The notes under the pieces: generated by a model
Database searches by the model: none
Seen by the model: only the letters and a program-made list of their open reading frames with translations
What the model was told of the DNA's origin: nothing
In this document: piece by piece, positions 12,506 to 24,204 of the stretch
Numbering within the stretch: the first letter of the stretch is position 1
How the letters are laid out: each line of letters starts with the position of its first letter
Translations under genes and position numbers: made by a program
Assembly (NCBI GenBank): GCA_951406725.2
Contig: OX597815.1
Coordinates: 72,540,001 to 72,604,000 of the forward strand
DNA from: Octopus vulgaris
Taxonomy: Eukaryota
Length of the DNA: 64,000 nt
Direction: 5' to 3'

Positions 12506-12719
12506 TGCAGGCTTAGCTGGGTGGGGGTACTTGTCTCCCCCTTGTAAACATAAGGACACAGGAAATGTATCAAGGCGACAGAAAGCGTTGATGCTTCCTA
12601 GGGCTAAATAGCAGTGGTGTGATTCCCTTCATGGGACTGTCACATTAAGTTGACAGTATACAACTACTCTATCTCAACTATCTCAACTACTGCTTATATC
12701 TCTCTGAGATAGAAATCTC

Positions 12720-13945
12720 TAGAAATAGATGCTAAATGACTCTAAACCACTTTGAATTTGCACCCCATTAGTACAAGGTTGAGTGCTAGGAAAATGGATA
12801 AAAACATTTCGTAAAATTATTATGGTTAACCCTATAGCTTCAGATTTCTGGTTTAATAATAAATAATCTACCTTCATCAGTAAGGTATACCGAACGTTCA
12901 TAAATGAAAATACATATACATACCCATAAAAATACACGCGTATAAACACGAATTTATACATATATTTACACGTATATACGAAGCTAAATCCTATTGTCCA
13001 TCTCAACCGCGTGTGTATTTGATCAGAATAAAACCGCAGTAAATATAACGATCGGAGTGAATAAATATACATGTATACAGAGTCAAGGATAAAAATCATT
13101 AAAAATTAATGATTTTGTCAGTGCCCAGCATATAATAAAAAAAACCATATAGGTAAAATCAATATATAAATATAGGCGCAGGAGTGGCTGTGTGGCAAGT
13201 AGCTTGCTTACCAACCACATGGTTCTGGATTCAGTCCCACTGCGTGGCACCTTGGGCAAATGTCTTCCACTATAGCCTCGGGCCGACCAAAGACTTGTGA
13301 GTGGATTTGGTAGACGGAAACTGAAAGAAGCCTGTCGTATATATGTATATATATATATGTATGTGTGTGTATATGCTTGTGTGTTTGTCCTCCCCACGGT
13401 TCGGCAAAAGTGACCGAGAGAATAAGGACTAGGCTTACAAAGAATAAGTCCTGGGGTCGATTTGCTCGACTAAAGGCGGTGCTGCAGCATGGCCGCAGTC
13501 AAATGACTGAATCAAGTAAAAGAGAGAAATTATATAGATTTAATTATAATTAAGGGTACTGAAGGAACAGCACCTATATGCTAGAAATAGACGTCAAATG
13601 ACTCTAAACCACTTTGAATTTGCACTCCATTAGCACAAAGTTGAGGGGAGGAAAATGGATGAAAAAGATTTCGTAAAATTGTTATGGTTAACCCTAAATC
13701 TTCAGATTTTTGGTTTAGTAGTAAATACTCTACCTTCATCTGTAGGGTATACCGAACGTACATACCCATACAAATATACGCGTATAAATAGGAATATATA
13801 CATATATTTACACGTATATACGAAGCAAAGTCCTATTACCCATCTCAACCACGTGCGTATTGATCAGAATACAGAGAGAGGTAAATAAACATAAATATAT
13901 ACATAATTAAGGACAAAATCATTAAAAATTAAGTTTTATCAGTGG
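12720..13945 (-). repeat. Diverged direct duplication (about 12720-13130 and 13582-13945) with HHR-like core on the minus strand; possible Penelope pLTR tandem
   Basis: tagaaatagat/c..aaatgactctaaaccactttgaatttgcac occurs twice; minus-strand CUGAUGAAGG at 12880-12871 and CGAAAUG at about 12811. Confidence 0.6.
13174..13527 (+). mobile_element. SINE family A, near full length
   Basis: ggcgcaggagtggctgtgtggcaagtagc...gactgaatcaagtaaaagag. Confidence 0.9.
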
Positions 13946-14009
13946 CCTGGGAAGTCAAAAATGATCCGCACTTTCGCCATAACCTATCTTTATTATTGGC
14001 ACACTGTTA

Positions 14010-14200
14010 AAGCGACGAACTGGCTGAATCGTTAGCACGCTGGACGAAATTCTTAGCGGTGTTTACCCATCGCTACATTCTGAGTTCAAATTCCGCCGGG
14101 GTCGACTTTCAAATTAAGTATCAGTGAAATATTGGGGTCGATGTAATCTACTGTCCCCCTCCCCCAAATTTCAGGCCTCGTGCCAATAATAGAAAGGATT
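14010..14200 (+). mobile_element. SINE family B
   Basis: gcgacgaactggctgaatcgttagcacg...gagttcaaattccgccggggtcgacttt...caggcctcgtgcc. Confidence 0.8.
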
Positions 14201-14389
14201 GTCACACTGCCTTCCGCGCATACATGTTTATAGTTGGTACTATTGTGGTCACGTGATCGAAGTTTGCACATGCATATATCTATGTGTAAGTGTGTGTGCG
14301 TATTCTTTTCTTATCTTATTAGTTACAGCTCGAGGGCCGCAGCCGTGCTAGAATACTGCCTCTGTAGAATCCCAGCTTAAGGCGAATCA

Positions 14390-14760
14390 AAAAGTTTGCT
14401 GCCGCTGCTGTCCTCTATTACATATAAGTTATCCAGGTGCTTACTGGATACATTTACATCCATTCCATATAGGTTTCTCAGTTCCCTTGACGAGATATTA
14501 AAATGCAATGAGTCTTTAAACGCTAAATTAAAAACTATTGTAGTATGTGGTTCGGACTCTCGATGAGGGTAGTGGGGCCATCAGGAATATGTAGTGAGAG
14601 CCAAATCAGAGACTGATATACCTTTCAATAGCAAAGTTTGGCGCGAGACCATCAGGGATTCTCGGTGTATAAATTACTGCATATCTTCCTCGTTTTCTCT
14701 CTTCTCCATGGCGTAAAGTTTTAAAGATTCCAGTCTTTCCCAGTAGCTTAGATATTGAGG
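14390..14760 (-). pseudogene. CR1/L2-group LINE 3' coding remnant
   Basis: Broken minus-strand translation YLSYWERLESLKLYAMEKR..RYAVIYT.RIPDGLAPNF matches the typical Y.ERL..L.LYSLERRR motif. Confidence 0.7.
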
Positions 14761-14930
14761 CGCTGGTGTTACGTTGTGCTCTTGAACAAAAATATCACTT
14801 CATTTCACGTTGCGTCAGTCCACTCGGCTGTAAACGAATAACTCTGTGACGGACAGGCGTCTCCCCTGTGTGTGTGTTATCTCATACACATACATACATA
14901 CATACATACATACATACATACATACATACA

Positions 14931-14964
<34 letters not shown>

Positions 14965-14984
14965 CATACATACATACGTACGAA

Positions 14985-15245
14985 AAACGAAGCTTTACCA
15001 ACTACTCTGCCTATGTATCTGTGCACACCTTTCAATGCCTGCAAGTCTAACGGAGGCCTCAAAAGACATTTTAAGATCTACAAAGATCAGAACTTAACTG
15101 CAGCTCTTGATGGTCCAAAACAGATACGCAATCTATGTAGGTGTCTTTTCAATACATTGTCTGGTTTAAAAAGCCACATCAGACGCCATGATGGATCTAA
15201 GATGTAAGTACAAGAGGTGGTCAGACTCTGCATAAGGAGTAGACA
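14985..15245 (+). pseudogene. LINE 3' end with C2H2-like motif (RTE-like)
   Basis: ..CRCLFNTLSGLKSHIRRH.. in ORF 14872-15207, ending in (TA)n. Confidence 0.4.
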
Positions 15246-15350
15246 AACACCATATATATATATATATACTACATACATACATACACATACACACATACAT
15301 ATCTATACACACATACACATACACACACACACACATATATATATATACAT

Positions 15351-15393
<43 letters not shown>

Positions 15394-16037
15394 ATGCATA
15401 TACATATACTTTTATTTTAAAATAACATATTTTGATTCAAAGTCAATTTTTGGCCTTACTCTCCCACTTGACCTCACATATTTTGACCTACATTTTTTCT
15501 AATGAACCAAATTTCAATTGTTTTATCTCCAAATGTAGCTTAGGGCTGTGCCATCATTGCTAATAAACCTCATTCAGTTTGGTTGAGAACTGAAGTAGTA
15601 ATGAAGGCTAGAAGTGCTCGCGAGTGTCTAAAAGTTGACCTTATGGATATATTCACCCACAGTAGTAGATTAATATATACATACACACAAACACACACAT
15701 ACACGCACTCATACATATATCTGTCTGTGTGTACACGCGCGCACAGAATAAGCTCAGGATATATATCATAGAGTTGCGCTCAAATAAATTTGAACTTAAA
15801 TTCTGACTTCTTCGTCCAGGAGAGAGTCCACGGCAACAAGAGAGTAACTATAAAAGAAATCCAAATCTAGTTGCTATGCAGGTAGTGTGGTCGATAAACA
15901 CAGCTAGATTTGATACATATATTTAGATGGAGCACAAAAAATGTAGATTATAAAATAAAACGTTGACATAAGACATTGCATTATTTCTTTCTCAAAATAT
16001 TCTTTCATTATTTTATAATCCGTATTTTTGTACTCCA

Positions 16038-16244
16038 TACTCTTTTACTTGTTTCGGTCATTTGACTGTGGCCGTGCTGGAGCACCGCCCGTAGTCGAGC
16101 AAATCGACCCCAGGACTTATTCTTTGTAAGCCTAGTACTTATTCTATCGGTCTCTTTTGCCAAAACCGCTAAGTTACGGGGACGTAAACACACCAGCATC
16201 GGTTGTCAAGCGATGTTGGTGGGATAAACACAAATACACACACA

Positions 16245-16294
<50 letters not shown>

Positions 16295-16814
16295 CGACAG
16301 GCTTCTTTCAGTTTCTGTCTACCAAATCCACTCACAGGGCTTTGGTCAGTCCGAGGCTATAGTAGAAGACACTTGCCCAAGGTGCCACGCAGTGGAAATG
16401 AACCCGGATCCATGTGGCTGGAAAGCTGGTAGAAACGTTAGCACGCCGGGTGAAATGCGTAGCCGTATTCCGTCTGTCGTTACGTTCTGAGTTCAAATGT
16501 CACCGAGGTCGACTTTGCCTTTCATCCTTTCGGGGTCGATTAAATAAGTACCAGTTACGCACTGGGGTCGATATAATCGACTTAATCCGTTTGTCCATCG
16601 TTGTTTGTCCTCTCTGTGTTTAGCCCCTTGTGGGTAGTAAAGAAATAGGTATTTCGTATGTCTTTACGTTCTGAGTTCAAAATTCCGCCGGGATCGACTT
16701 TGCCTTTCATCCTTTCGGGGTCGATAAATTAAGTACCAGTTACGTACTGAGGTCGATGTAATCGCCTTAAACCCTGTGTGGTAACCTACTTACCACACAG
16801 CCACTCCTGCGCCT
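16038..16814 (-). mobile_element. SINE family A split by a SINE B insertion
   Basis: Body at 16038-16420; 5' head (acttaccacacagccactcctgcgcc) resumes at about 16780-16814. Confidence 0.85.
16423..16775 (+). mobile_element. SINE family B (dimeric), nested in SINE A
   Basis: Same structure as 8620-9015. Confidence 0.85.
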
Positions 16815-16914
16815 AATACAAAGAAAGAATTTTATTGAAGGACGTTTCATCTCCGACGGGAGATGTAAATATACGTATCAAGCCTAATTGTGTTTATCTA
16901 CCTAGCTACCTCTC

Positions 16915-17283
16915 TACCAACTACATGGTACCGGGTTCAGTCTTACTGCGTGATACCTTGGGCAAGTGTCTTCTACTATAGCCTCTGGCCGACTAAAGCC
17001 TTGTGAGTGGATCTGGTAGATGGAAACTGAAAGACACCCGTCGTGTGTGTGTGTCTGAGTGTGTATATGTGTGTGTCTTCGCATACACATACGCACACCG
17101 TTTGATAACCGGTGTTGGCGCGTTTACGTCCCCGTAACTTTACGGTTAGGCAAACGAGATCAATAGAATAGAATAATTACCAGGATTTATAAAAAAATAA
17201 GTACTGGAGTCGATTCATTCCACTAAAATTTTTCAAGGTGGTGCCCCAGCATGGCAACAGTCTAATGACTGAAACAAGTGAAA
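16915..17283 (+). mobile_element. SINE family A
   Basis: ccgggttcagtc..ccttgggcaagtgtcttctactatagcc..atgactgaaacaagtgaaa. Confidence 0.85.
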
Positions 17284-17388
17284 ATAATTTTTTTAAATAC
17301 TTATGTTTCCGAAGAAGCCATAGGATGTGGATCGAGTTACAACACTGGTTACTAGTGCAGCTATGCCTAAGCGAAATCATAAAATACA

Positions 17389-17428
<40 letters not shown>

Positions 17429-17650
17429 CTTATACAAATCCGTTTAAGGCCAATAGTTTTAGACGCTGCTATTTATATATATATATATACTTATATGTAT
17501 ACTTAAAATGTATTACGTACAATAAGTATTATATTTCAATGGAATAACAACAATAATTACATGAAAATTATATATTTCATCTCTATAGGAAACTATGTTT
17601 GGCCTAGCTATTTGATACTTCAATAAAACTGTTCGCATACGTATATGTGG

Positions 17651-17695
<45 letters not shown>

Positions 17696-17782
17696 TATAT
17701 ATGCATACAAACATTCATACATACATATATACATACGTACATACATATATATATATGTGTATATATGTATTTATATATATAT

Positions 17783-17836
<54 letters not shown>

Positions 17837-18102
17837 GTATGTATGTATATATGAGGTGATGTTGTTAGTAGTCTCTTTAGGTAATATTATTGGTGAATTT
17901 AAAACGAAATTAATTGAATTTCATACGAAAACATATGGGAGAATAATCGGCTGAGAGTGATCTGTAATTATAGAAATTATAAATATTATATGATATTGCC
18001 TTTATATACATATGCATACATATATATATATATATATACACACTCACACACACACATATAAATGCATAAGGACATATACATATATACAAGTATATATGTG
18101 TG

Positions 18103-18138
<36 letters not shown>

Positions 18139-18200
18139 TGTATGTATGTTTGTAGGTATGTATGTATGTATGTGTATATACGTATGTGTATATATGTATG

Positions 18201-18236
<36 letters not shown>

Positions 18237-18318
18237 TGTATGTGTATATATGTATGTGTATATATGTATGTATATATATGTATGTATGTATATGTATGTA
18301 TGTGTATATATGTATGTG

Positions 18319-18352
<34 letters not shown>

Positions 18353-18389
18353 TGTATGTATGTATGTATGTATGTGTGTATATATGAGC

Positions 18390-18498
18390 TATTTCTTGCT
18401 GAAGAATCTGAGGGCTTATGGAAGATTGGCTTGATTTAATTTAATCAGGTTAGTTTACCATTAAACAGCAGATGAAACGGTATACCGTACAAGAAATA
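18390..18498 (+). ncRNA. Type I hammerhead ribozyme with intact core and extended stem II
   Basis: UAUUUCUUG-CUGAAGA-AUCUG..(hairpin)..CAGAU-GAAA-CGGUAUACCG-UA-CAAGAAAUA; 9-bp stem I; stem III is the perfect 12-nt palindrome ACGGUAUACCGU; GUA at 18487-18489. Confidence 0.85.
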
Positions 18499-18736
18499 AC
18501 AGGGTAAATGTTTTTTTAATTTTCTCCTGTTTTTTTAATTTTCTCCTGTTTACGGAATTAATCTTTATTTGCGGTAGAAGCTTTGGCTGTTATTTCTAGT
18601 GGGTGAATGGCCTATTATGGCCGTTCCTTAATTGTTAATGTTGAACTTAAAAATGGTCTATGACTATTTAATTTTTTCCCACTGGGCCGCTGGTGGCAAA
18701 AAATTCTACAAAATTTTCCTTGCCACCCTATATTGA

Positions 18737-18851
<115 letters not shown>

Positions 18852-19584
18852 TATGAGTATATTTATCACTTCAATGAATAAATACAAATTTAAAACGAAT
18901 TAAAGTATAGAAAATAATTAATAGTATATGTTTGTGTGCGCCTGCGTATGTATGTTTGCGTTTTTGTGTGTATGTATAAGCGTTTGCGTGTTTGTGTGTT
19001 TGTGTGTGTGTGTGTGTGTATGTGTAGTTGTGTGTATACATCATTTATGTGTATGCATGCGAATGTATGCATATTAGCCTGTGTGAATTTGTATATATCC
19101 TTGCATGGAAGTAATTACAAATTTATGTAAAAACAAATAAAAATCAAAAGAAAAAACAAAACAAAATTAAATAAATATATGCAAATTTATTCATATGTAC
19201 AAAATTTTGCACTTCATTAGTGTATTGATGTGTTTACTATATACATTTGTATCAGTGAATAATAGCATCGCTGTTTTCGAGTTTTATAACGGTATAAGTA
19301 TTTGTTCATTTGGATTTATGACGTTTAAAGTAATTGTCTGTAACCCGGAACAATTTTAAAAAGGATTCGGTCGGGATTGCTTTTCAGATTTCATATCACA
19401 AACATACATACACGCGTGCGCGCACACACACACGCGCGCAAACACATACACGCACGCACGCGCACTCACACACCTGACCATACACACATGCTCAAACTCC
19501 TATACACATGCTTAAATTCCTACGCACACATGCACTCACACATATATACACATTTTAATCATATATATGTGTGTGTATATATAT

Positions 19585-19770
19585 ATCGCGTGTGTACCGT
19601 TGGCGATTTTTATCCCTCCGTCTTCCCTTCTTTGGATCTTTCCTTTACCTATGTTTCTGACGAAGAGCTCCGCTCGAAACGTTAAACCCTCCTTCTTTCC
19701 TGAGCGTCCAATAATACTATACTTGTTCCACGTCCTCGCGTTGTTGTGTTTTCATGTTTGGATTAACTAT
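19585..19770 (+). mobile_element. Penelope-like 3' remnant carrying a minimal hammerhead (19654-19688)
   Basis: GUUU-CUGACGA-A-GAGC UCC GCUC-GAAA-CG-UU-AAAC; related copy on the minus strand at 45150-45360. Confidence 0.75.
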
Positions 19771-19784
19771 ATATATATATATAT

Positions 19785-20184
19785 ACTAGCATTATCGCCC
19801 GGCGTTGCTCGGGTTTGTAAGGGAAATAACTATATAAGCATTTTTAGAGAGTTATAACCAAAAAATAGCAAAAAAAGGCATTAAAAATGGAAACAAAAAT
19901 AATGGTAATTTTTTTAAAAGTCGTTGACTCATCGTAGACATTTTTAGAGAGTTACTTCCCTTATATAATAGCGAAAAAATGCATTAAAATGGAAAAAAAT
20001 GATGGTAAATTTTTTTTTAAATCGTAGACTCATCGTAGACGCGCGCTAATACCCAGAAGGGCTCAATATGAATCACGACTATAAGATACCCGGTTTTGGT
20101 TAAACTGCACCGCAAAATGTGGGAGTAGTTAGGAATCTAAATCGTAGGAGACAGACACACAACCTTACTTTTATATATAAAGAT
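19785..20184 (+). mobile_element. Helentron/DINE-like non-autonomous rolling-circle element
   Basis: Starts actagc..cccggcgttgctcggg (short hairpin), has an internal tandem duplication, ends ttttatatataaagat. Confidence 0.6.
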
Positions 20185-20192
20185 ATATATGT

Positions 20193-20522
20193 AGGCGCAG
20201 GAGTCGCTGTGTGGTAAGAGGCATGCTTGCCAAGCACATGGTTCCGGGTTCAGTCCCACTTCTATTATAGCCTCGGGCCGACCAAAGCCTTGTAAGTAGA
20301 CTTGGTCGTATATATATGTGTATGTGTGTGTGTGTGCGCGCGCGTTTGTGTTTGTCTCCCCACCATCGCTTGACAACTGATGTTGGTGCGTTTACGTCAA
20401 AATAGATAGAGTAAGTACTAGGCTTACAAAGAATAAGTCCTGGGGTCGATTTGTTTGACTAAAGGTGGTACTCCAGCTTGGCCGCAGTCAAAATGACTGA
20501 AACAAATAAAAGAATAAAAGAA
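20193..20522 (+). mobile_element. SINE family A
   Basis: ggcgcaggagtcgctgtgtggtaag...gactgaaacaaataaaagaataaaag. Confidence 0.85.
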
Positions 20523-20539
20523 TATATATAAACATCAAG

Positions 20540-21018
20540 AAAAATGCCTCGATATACGAGTTAATTTATTCCCGGAGATAGCTCGTAAAGCAGAACAATA
20601 ATTACCCATAGTAGCAATGTTATAAATTGTAACTTTACCTATAAAACTTAAAATACTCGTTAAGTAATGTAAAGAATATTTTATGTAAAGTATAAAACAT
20701 GTCAAGATCATTTATAATGAAAAAAAATATTATAATCGTTTTCTGAATCACTTTCACTCGCACAAGACTCGCGCACGTAGATCACCGATTCACAAGCACT
20801 CGTAGACGGACTTGTAGATTTCTTTTTAAAATCAAGTCTACAGTTGTTTGCTTAAAAGCCTTTTTTTAGCTCTCTATAAATTTCTCGGTAACAAGCAGAA
20901 GTATTTGTTATGGTAGTAGAAATTTTTGCACTTTACTATACAAAAGTGAGGTGAAAAATAAAACTCGTAAACCCGGTGTCTCGTAAAGCGAGTCTTCGTA
21001 AAGTGATGTATTACTGTA
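20540..21018. mobile_element. Tigger/pogo-like MITE remnant
   Basis: cctcgatatacgagttaatt..ctcgtaaagc and right end ctcgtaaagcgagtcttcgtaaagtgatgtattactgTA. Confidence 0.55.
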
Positions 21019-22370
21019 TATATATAGATATAAACACCCATATATATATGAGCACACCAATCTAAATAACTGATGTTGTCCATTTATGTGTTCATTTACG
21101 CACTTAACATAGCGCTTCGTAAAAACTATAATCGATAAAACACATACGTACCAGACTGAAAGAAATTATGGGTTCCGTGTGATCGAGTAAAACCATTATT
21201 GAAAGCGGTGCCCCAGCTTGGTCGTAAGCCAATGACAGAAACAACTGAAAGAATATTATTTTTTTTCTTTATTAAATGTATTAGATATGTATTGTTTCTC
21301 TATAAAAACACATTAAAATAACATTAATGTGTGTGTGTGTGTGTAAAAGTGAGAAGTATTATTACAAATACAGTTAAAGGAATGGGTTGAGGAGAGAAGT
21401 CGACGACGACAACAACAACAATAGCAACAATGATAACACCATTCAATACCGTCTGCTCGACGATTTGATGTTCTACCCATGCAGCAGCCTGTACGTCTAT
21501 CTGTCTGAATGTCCAACACTCACAGTGACTACGTGCAATATTTTCCATCCCCTACGACCAACACCAACACACAATCAGAAAATTTATAGTTTGTTTTTGT
21601 AATTTTTAATTTTTTGTTTTCACTTCGTAGCTTATTTATTTATTTATTCATTCATTCATTCATTCATACAGTAAATTCAATTCATTCAATTAACTCAATC
21701 GTTTATTCAATGTATAGATTTATTTGTGTTTTGTTACTTATCGCATTCACTGAGTACATTTGCCGACGGCGTCAAGCAAAAATTTGATGATTCTTTATCA
21801 GAGATAGGACTAATAAAACAATTGAAAAAAGCCAAGTCAGATTCATAGAACAGATTAAAAGTAACACGGAACTAAAAACTAAAAACAAAACAATGACAAC
21901 AGCGAAATAGAAAAATAAAATATATAAATACAAAAATATCTTTCCAACCGCCTAACGACACACCGACTAACTCACAAATACAAGTGCATACAACTAACTC
22001 AAACGCACGCAGGCATATTAAATATTTAATTCCTTACACACACACAAACACACACACACAGAGTTTCACAGTTTCCTATTTCTTTCTTTCTTTCTCCCTC
22101 TGTCTCTGTCTGTATCTCTCTCTCTCTGTGTCTCTGTCTCTCTCTGTCTCTCTCTGTATCTCTCTCTCTCTCTCTGCTTGTCTCTCCCTTTATCACACTT
22201 CTCCACATCATTTTTGTCCCTTCTCCCCTCCATTCTAATCTCTATTTCCATCTCGCGTCTTGTTTTATATTCTTAAACATATACGTATGTTTGAACGTGT
22301 GTGTATGTGCATATGTATGTATGTATGTATGCATGTATGTATGTATGTATGTATGTATGTATGTATGTGC

Positions 22371-22401
<31 letters not shown>

Positions 22402-22619
22402 TGTATTTTTGTATGCATGTATGTATATTTGTATGTATGTATACACATGTATGTATGTACGTGTGTATGTATAAACATGTGTGAGCGGGGAAGCGTGCGT
22501 GTGTATATTAATGCGGGAGAGCATTGTATGTCTATATACAAATGTGCGTAAACGTGTGTATGTGTATATGTACAAATTTGTGAGCGCGCGCGTGCGTGTG
22601 TTTGTTTGCGAGAGTGCAA

Positions 22620-22975
22620 GACACATCAAGATGAACTGTGACGTATCATGAGTCATACGACCGGTGGTCACAAAGTGACCCAGACGGGAATGATCAGACT
22701 TCAACTTGCATCCCAACAGCAACAGCCCAACGAATCAGCCCACTTTGTGGTTTTCTCAGATATTTCGCAGAATGGTCTTCTTTCTTCACGCGTCTCTGTT
22801 ACCCAATCGGGTGTGGATACTGCATTGTGAGCATCCTCCAAAGCCTTAACTACCCAGCTCTACCGGGCCGTGATTTATCTTCCAGCCTCTGTCTTGGCAC
22901 TTCTTCACCTGCTCCTAGTACTTTGCAGTTTCTTCTCATTGGCTTCTTCAAGACATTCTTTTCGTGGCACAGAAA
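22620..22975 (-). pseudogene. RTE-type LINE 3' remnant
   Basis: Minus strand reads like ..KNVLKKPMR..AEAGR..R*SW..RLWR.. followed by a Cys/His motif and a short 3' UTR, resembling the 28850-29150 region. Confidence 0.4.
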
Positions 22976-23499
22976 GTTCCACTATAATTAGTCACTTTTA
23001 TTAACTCAGAGTGATGATGTTAACCGATAATGTTCAAATTATTAGAGCTGCTTTTAGTTCGAAACTACAAATACATTGAAACATAGATATTACCACCATA
23101 TTCAAACGTTCAGCAGTTAACAGAAACAATTCGACATTGGCGTCGTTACTGACGAGAGTTATATGAAAAATAAAAATTTTACTTCCAATATTAAATGATA
23201 CTAATTAACCCAGTATATAGAATCACACTCATTCCGTAATCGATGCCTTCTTCAGGAACTTCCTATTAAAACTAGACGGTAAAATTTTGAACAAGAAAAT
23301 CGATTTAATTTTGATTAGCCCACATATATGTCGTTATTTGCTCAAACATTATACAGATATCTCAACAACAGAAACTTGATGCAACGCATTTTTGTTAACA
23401 ATAGGGTAGAGAAATAACTCTATATCATTTGAGTGAACTCAACTTAAATATAACTCACTTTGCTTATTTCCAATTTATGCAAATACAAATTTTTTATCT

Positions 23500-23856
<357 letters not shown>

Positions 23857-23894
23857 CATTAATAAATCTCCGAACGAGATATAAACAGTAACCG

Positions 23895-24200
23895 CTCGAC
23901 AACGTAAAGTGTACTTGCCATCTGAATGTGTCTAGCCACTGGGGGTGGGTGTTACTGACGCTTTTAGCCCCAGGAGATCGTCGTCTCTAGCTGGCCTTAG
24001 ACACAAATATCTGTGCCCTTATGATATTTGCAAAGGGAGGTCATCCCCCTCGAAAACCTAAGTGATACATACGGACTATAGTTTCAAGGTTTTTGCCTCT
24101 CGTCAACGCATGGCAAACACCGGTTTTCGATGAAGGAGACCTGTTTGCAAATAACTATTTAATGTTTTTCCCAGCAACCACAGTCACTGATTTAGAAAAA
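23895..24200 (-). mobile_element. Retrozyme-like element, family C, homologous to family A
   Basis: Minus strand: HHR followed by gacctccctttgcaaat..cataagggcacag..tgtctaaggcc..cctggggctaaaagcgtcagtaac, collinear with 12185-12270. Confidence 0.7.
24068..24112 (-). ncRNA. Type I hammerhead ribozyme, family C, core UUGACGA (C3U)
   Basis: CAUGCG-UUGACGA-GAGG CAAAAA CCUU-GAAA-C UAUA G-UC-CGUAUG; palindromic stem III ACUAUAGU. Confidence 0.75.
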
Positions 24201-24204
24201 CTGT

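Larger units (their letters stand above)
12111..12711 (+). mobile_element. Non-LTR retrozyme-like tandem repeat, family A (350-nt unit, about 1.7 copies, two hammerhead ribozymes)
   Basis: actccagactgatgacgagc at 12111 and 12461 (period 350); each copy begins with an HHR; monomer is self-complementary. Confidence 0.85.

Noticed and set aside
23149-23170. CTGACGA...GAAA
   Set aside because: No stem II, stem III or stem I pairing
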